Assembly: GCF_036971445.1 (NCBI RefSeq)
Contig: NC_091480.1
Coordinates: 15,686,001 to 15,750,000 of the forward strand
DNA length: 64,000 nt
From: Narcine bancroftii
Taxonomy: Eukaryota
Direction of reading: 5' to 3'
Shown one piece after another: positions 63,873 through 64,000 of the stretch. The translations under genes and the position numbers were made by a program. Positions within the stretch are counted from its first letter, which is position 1. Every line of letters begins with the position of its first letter. The notes below the pieces were generated by a model. That model ran no database searches and was not told the DNA's origin. It was given only the letters and a program-made list of their open reading frames with translations.

Positions 63873-64000
63873 CAGGTACAGAATCTTTTATCTGAACCTT
63901 TGGGACCAGACAACACTTTTCAGAATACAGAATAGTAATGGCGGTATGTTAAGTAACTGCACGGATTTCAGATTTGCGCAAAACAAAGACAAACTCCAAT

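Overview
Vertebrate genomic DNA, most likely a cartilaginous fish (inferred from the protein sequences and the RTE, Penelope, CR1 and SINE repertoire). It has four protein-coding loci. (1) The 5' end of a galanin receptor 2b-like GPCR (minus strand, ATG at 135, running off the left edge), with candidate non-coding upstream exons in a CpG-retaining region at 5-7 kb. (2) An immunity-related GTPase (IRG/IIGP5-like, 24738-25904, minus) with a single coding exon and altered GTPase motifs. (3) A complete WDR24 gene (GATOR2 subunit, plus strand, 9 coding exons from 31728 to 48136, 784 aa when spliced), driven by a CpG island with ZNF143, ETS, YY1 and RFX motifs. (4) The last two exons of CRAMP1 (minus), tail-to-tail with WDR24. 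The rest is introns and intergenic DNA with many transposon remnants and one 134-N gap. The most notable observations are an ATF4-like uORF layout in the predicted WDR24 leader, the non-canonical IRG facing the WDR24 promoter, hammerhead-like cores in Penelope-derived repeats, and three microhomology-joined templated insertions. All homology calls come from recognising sequences by eye, not from database searches.
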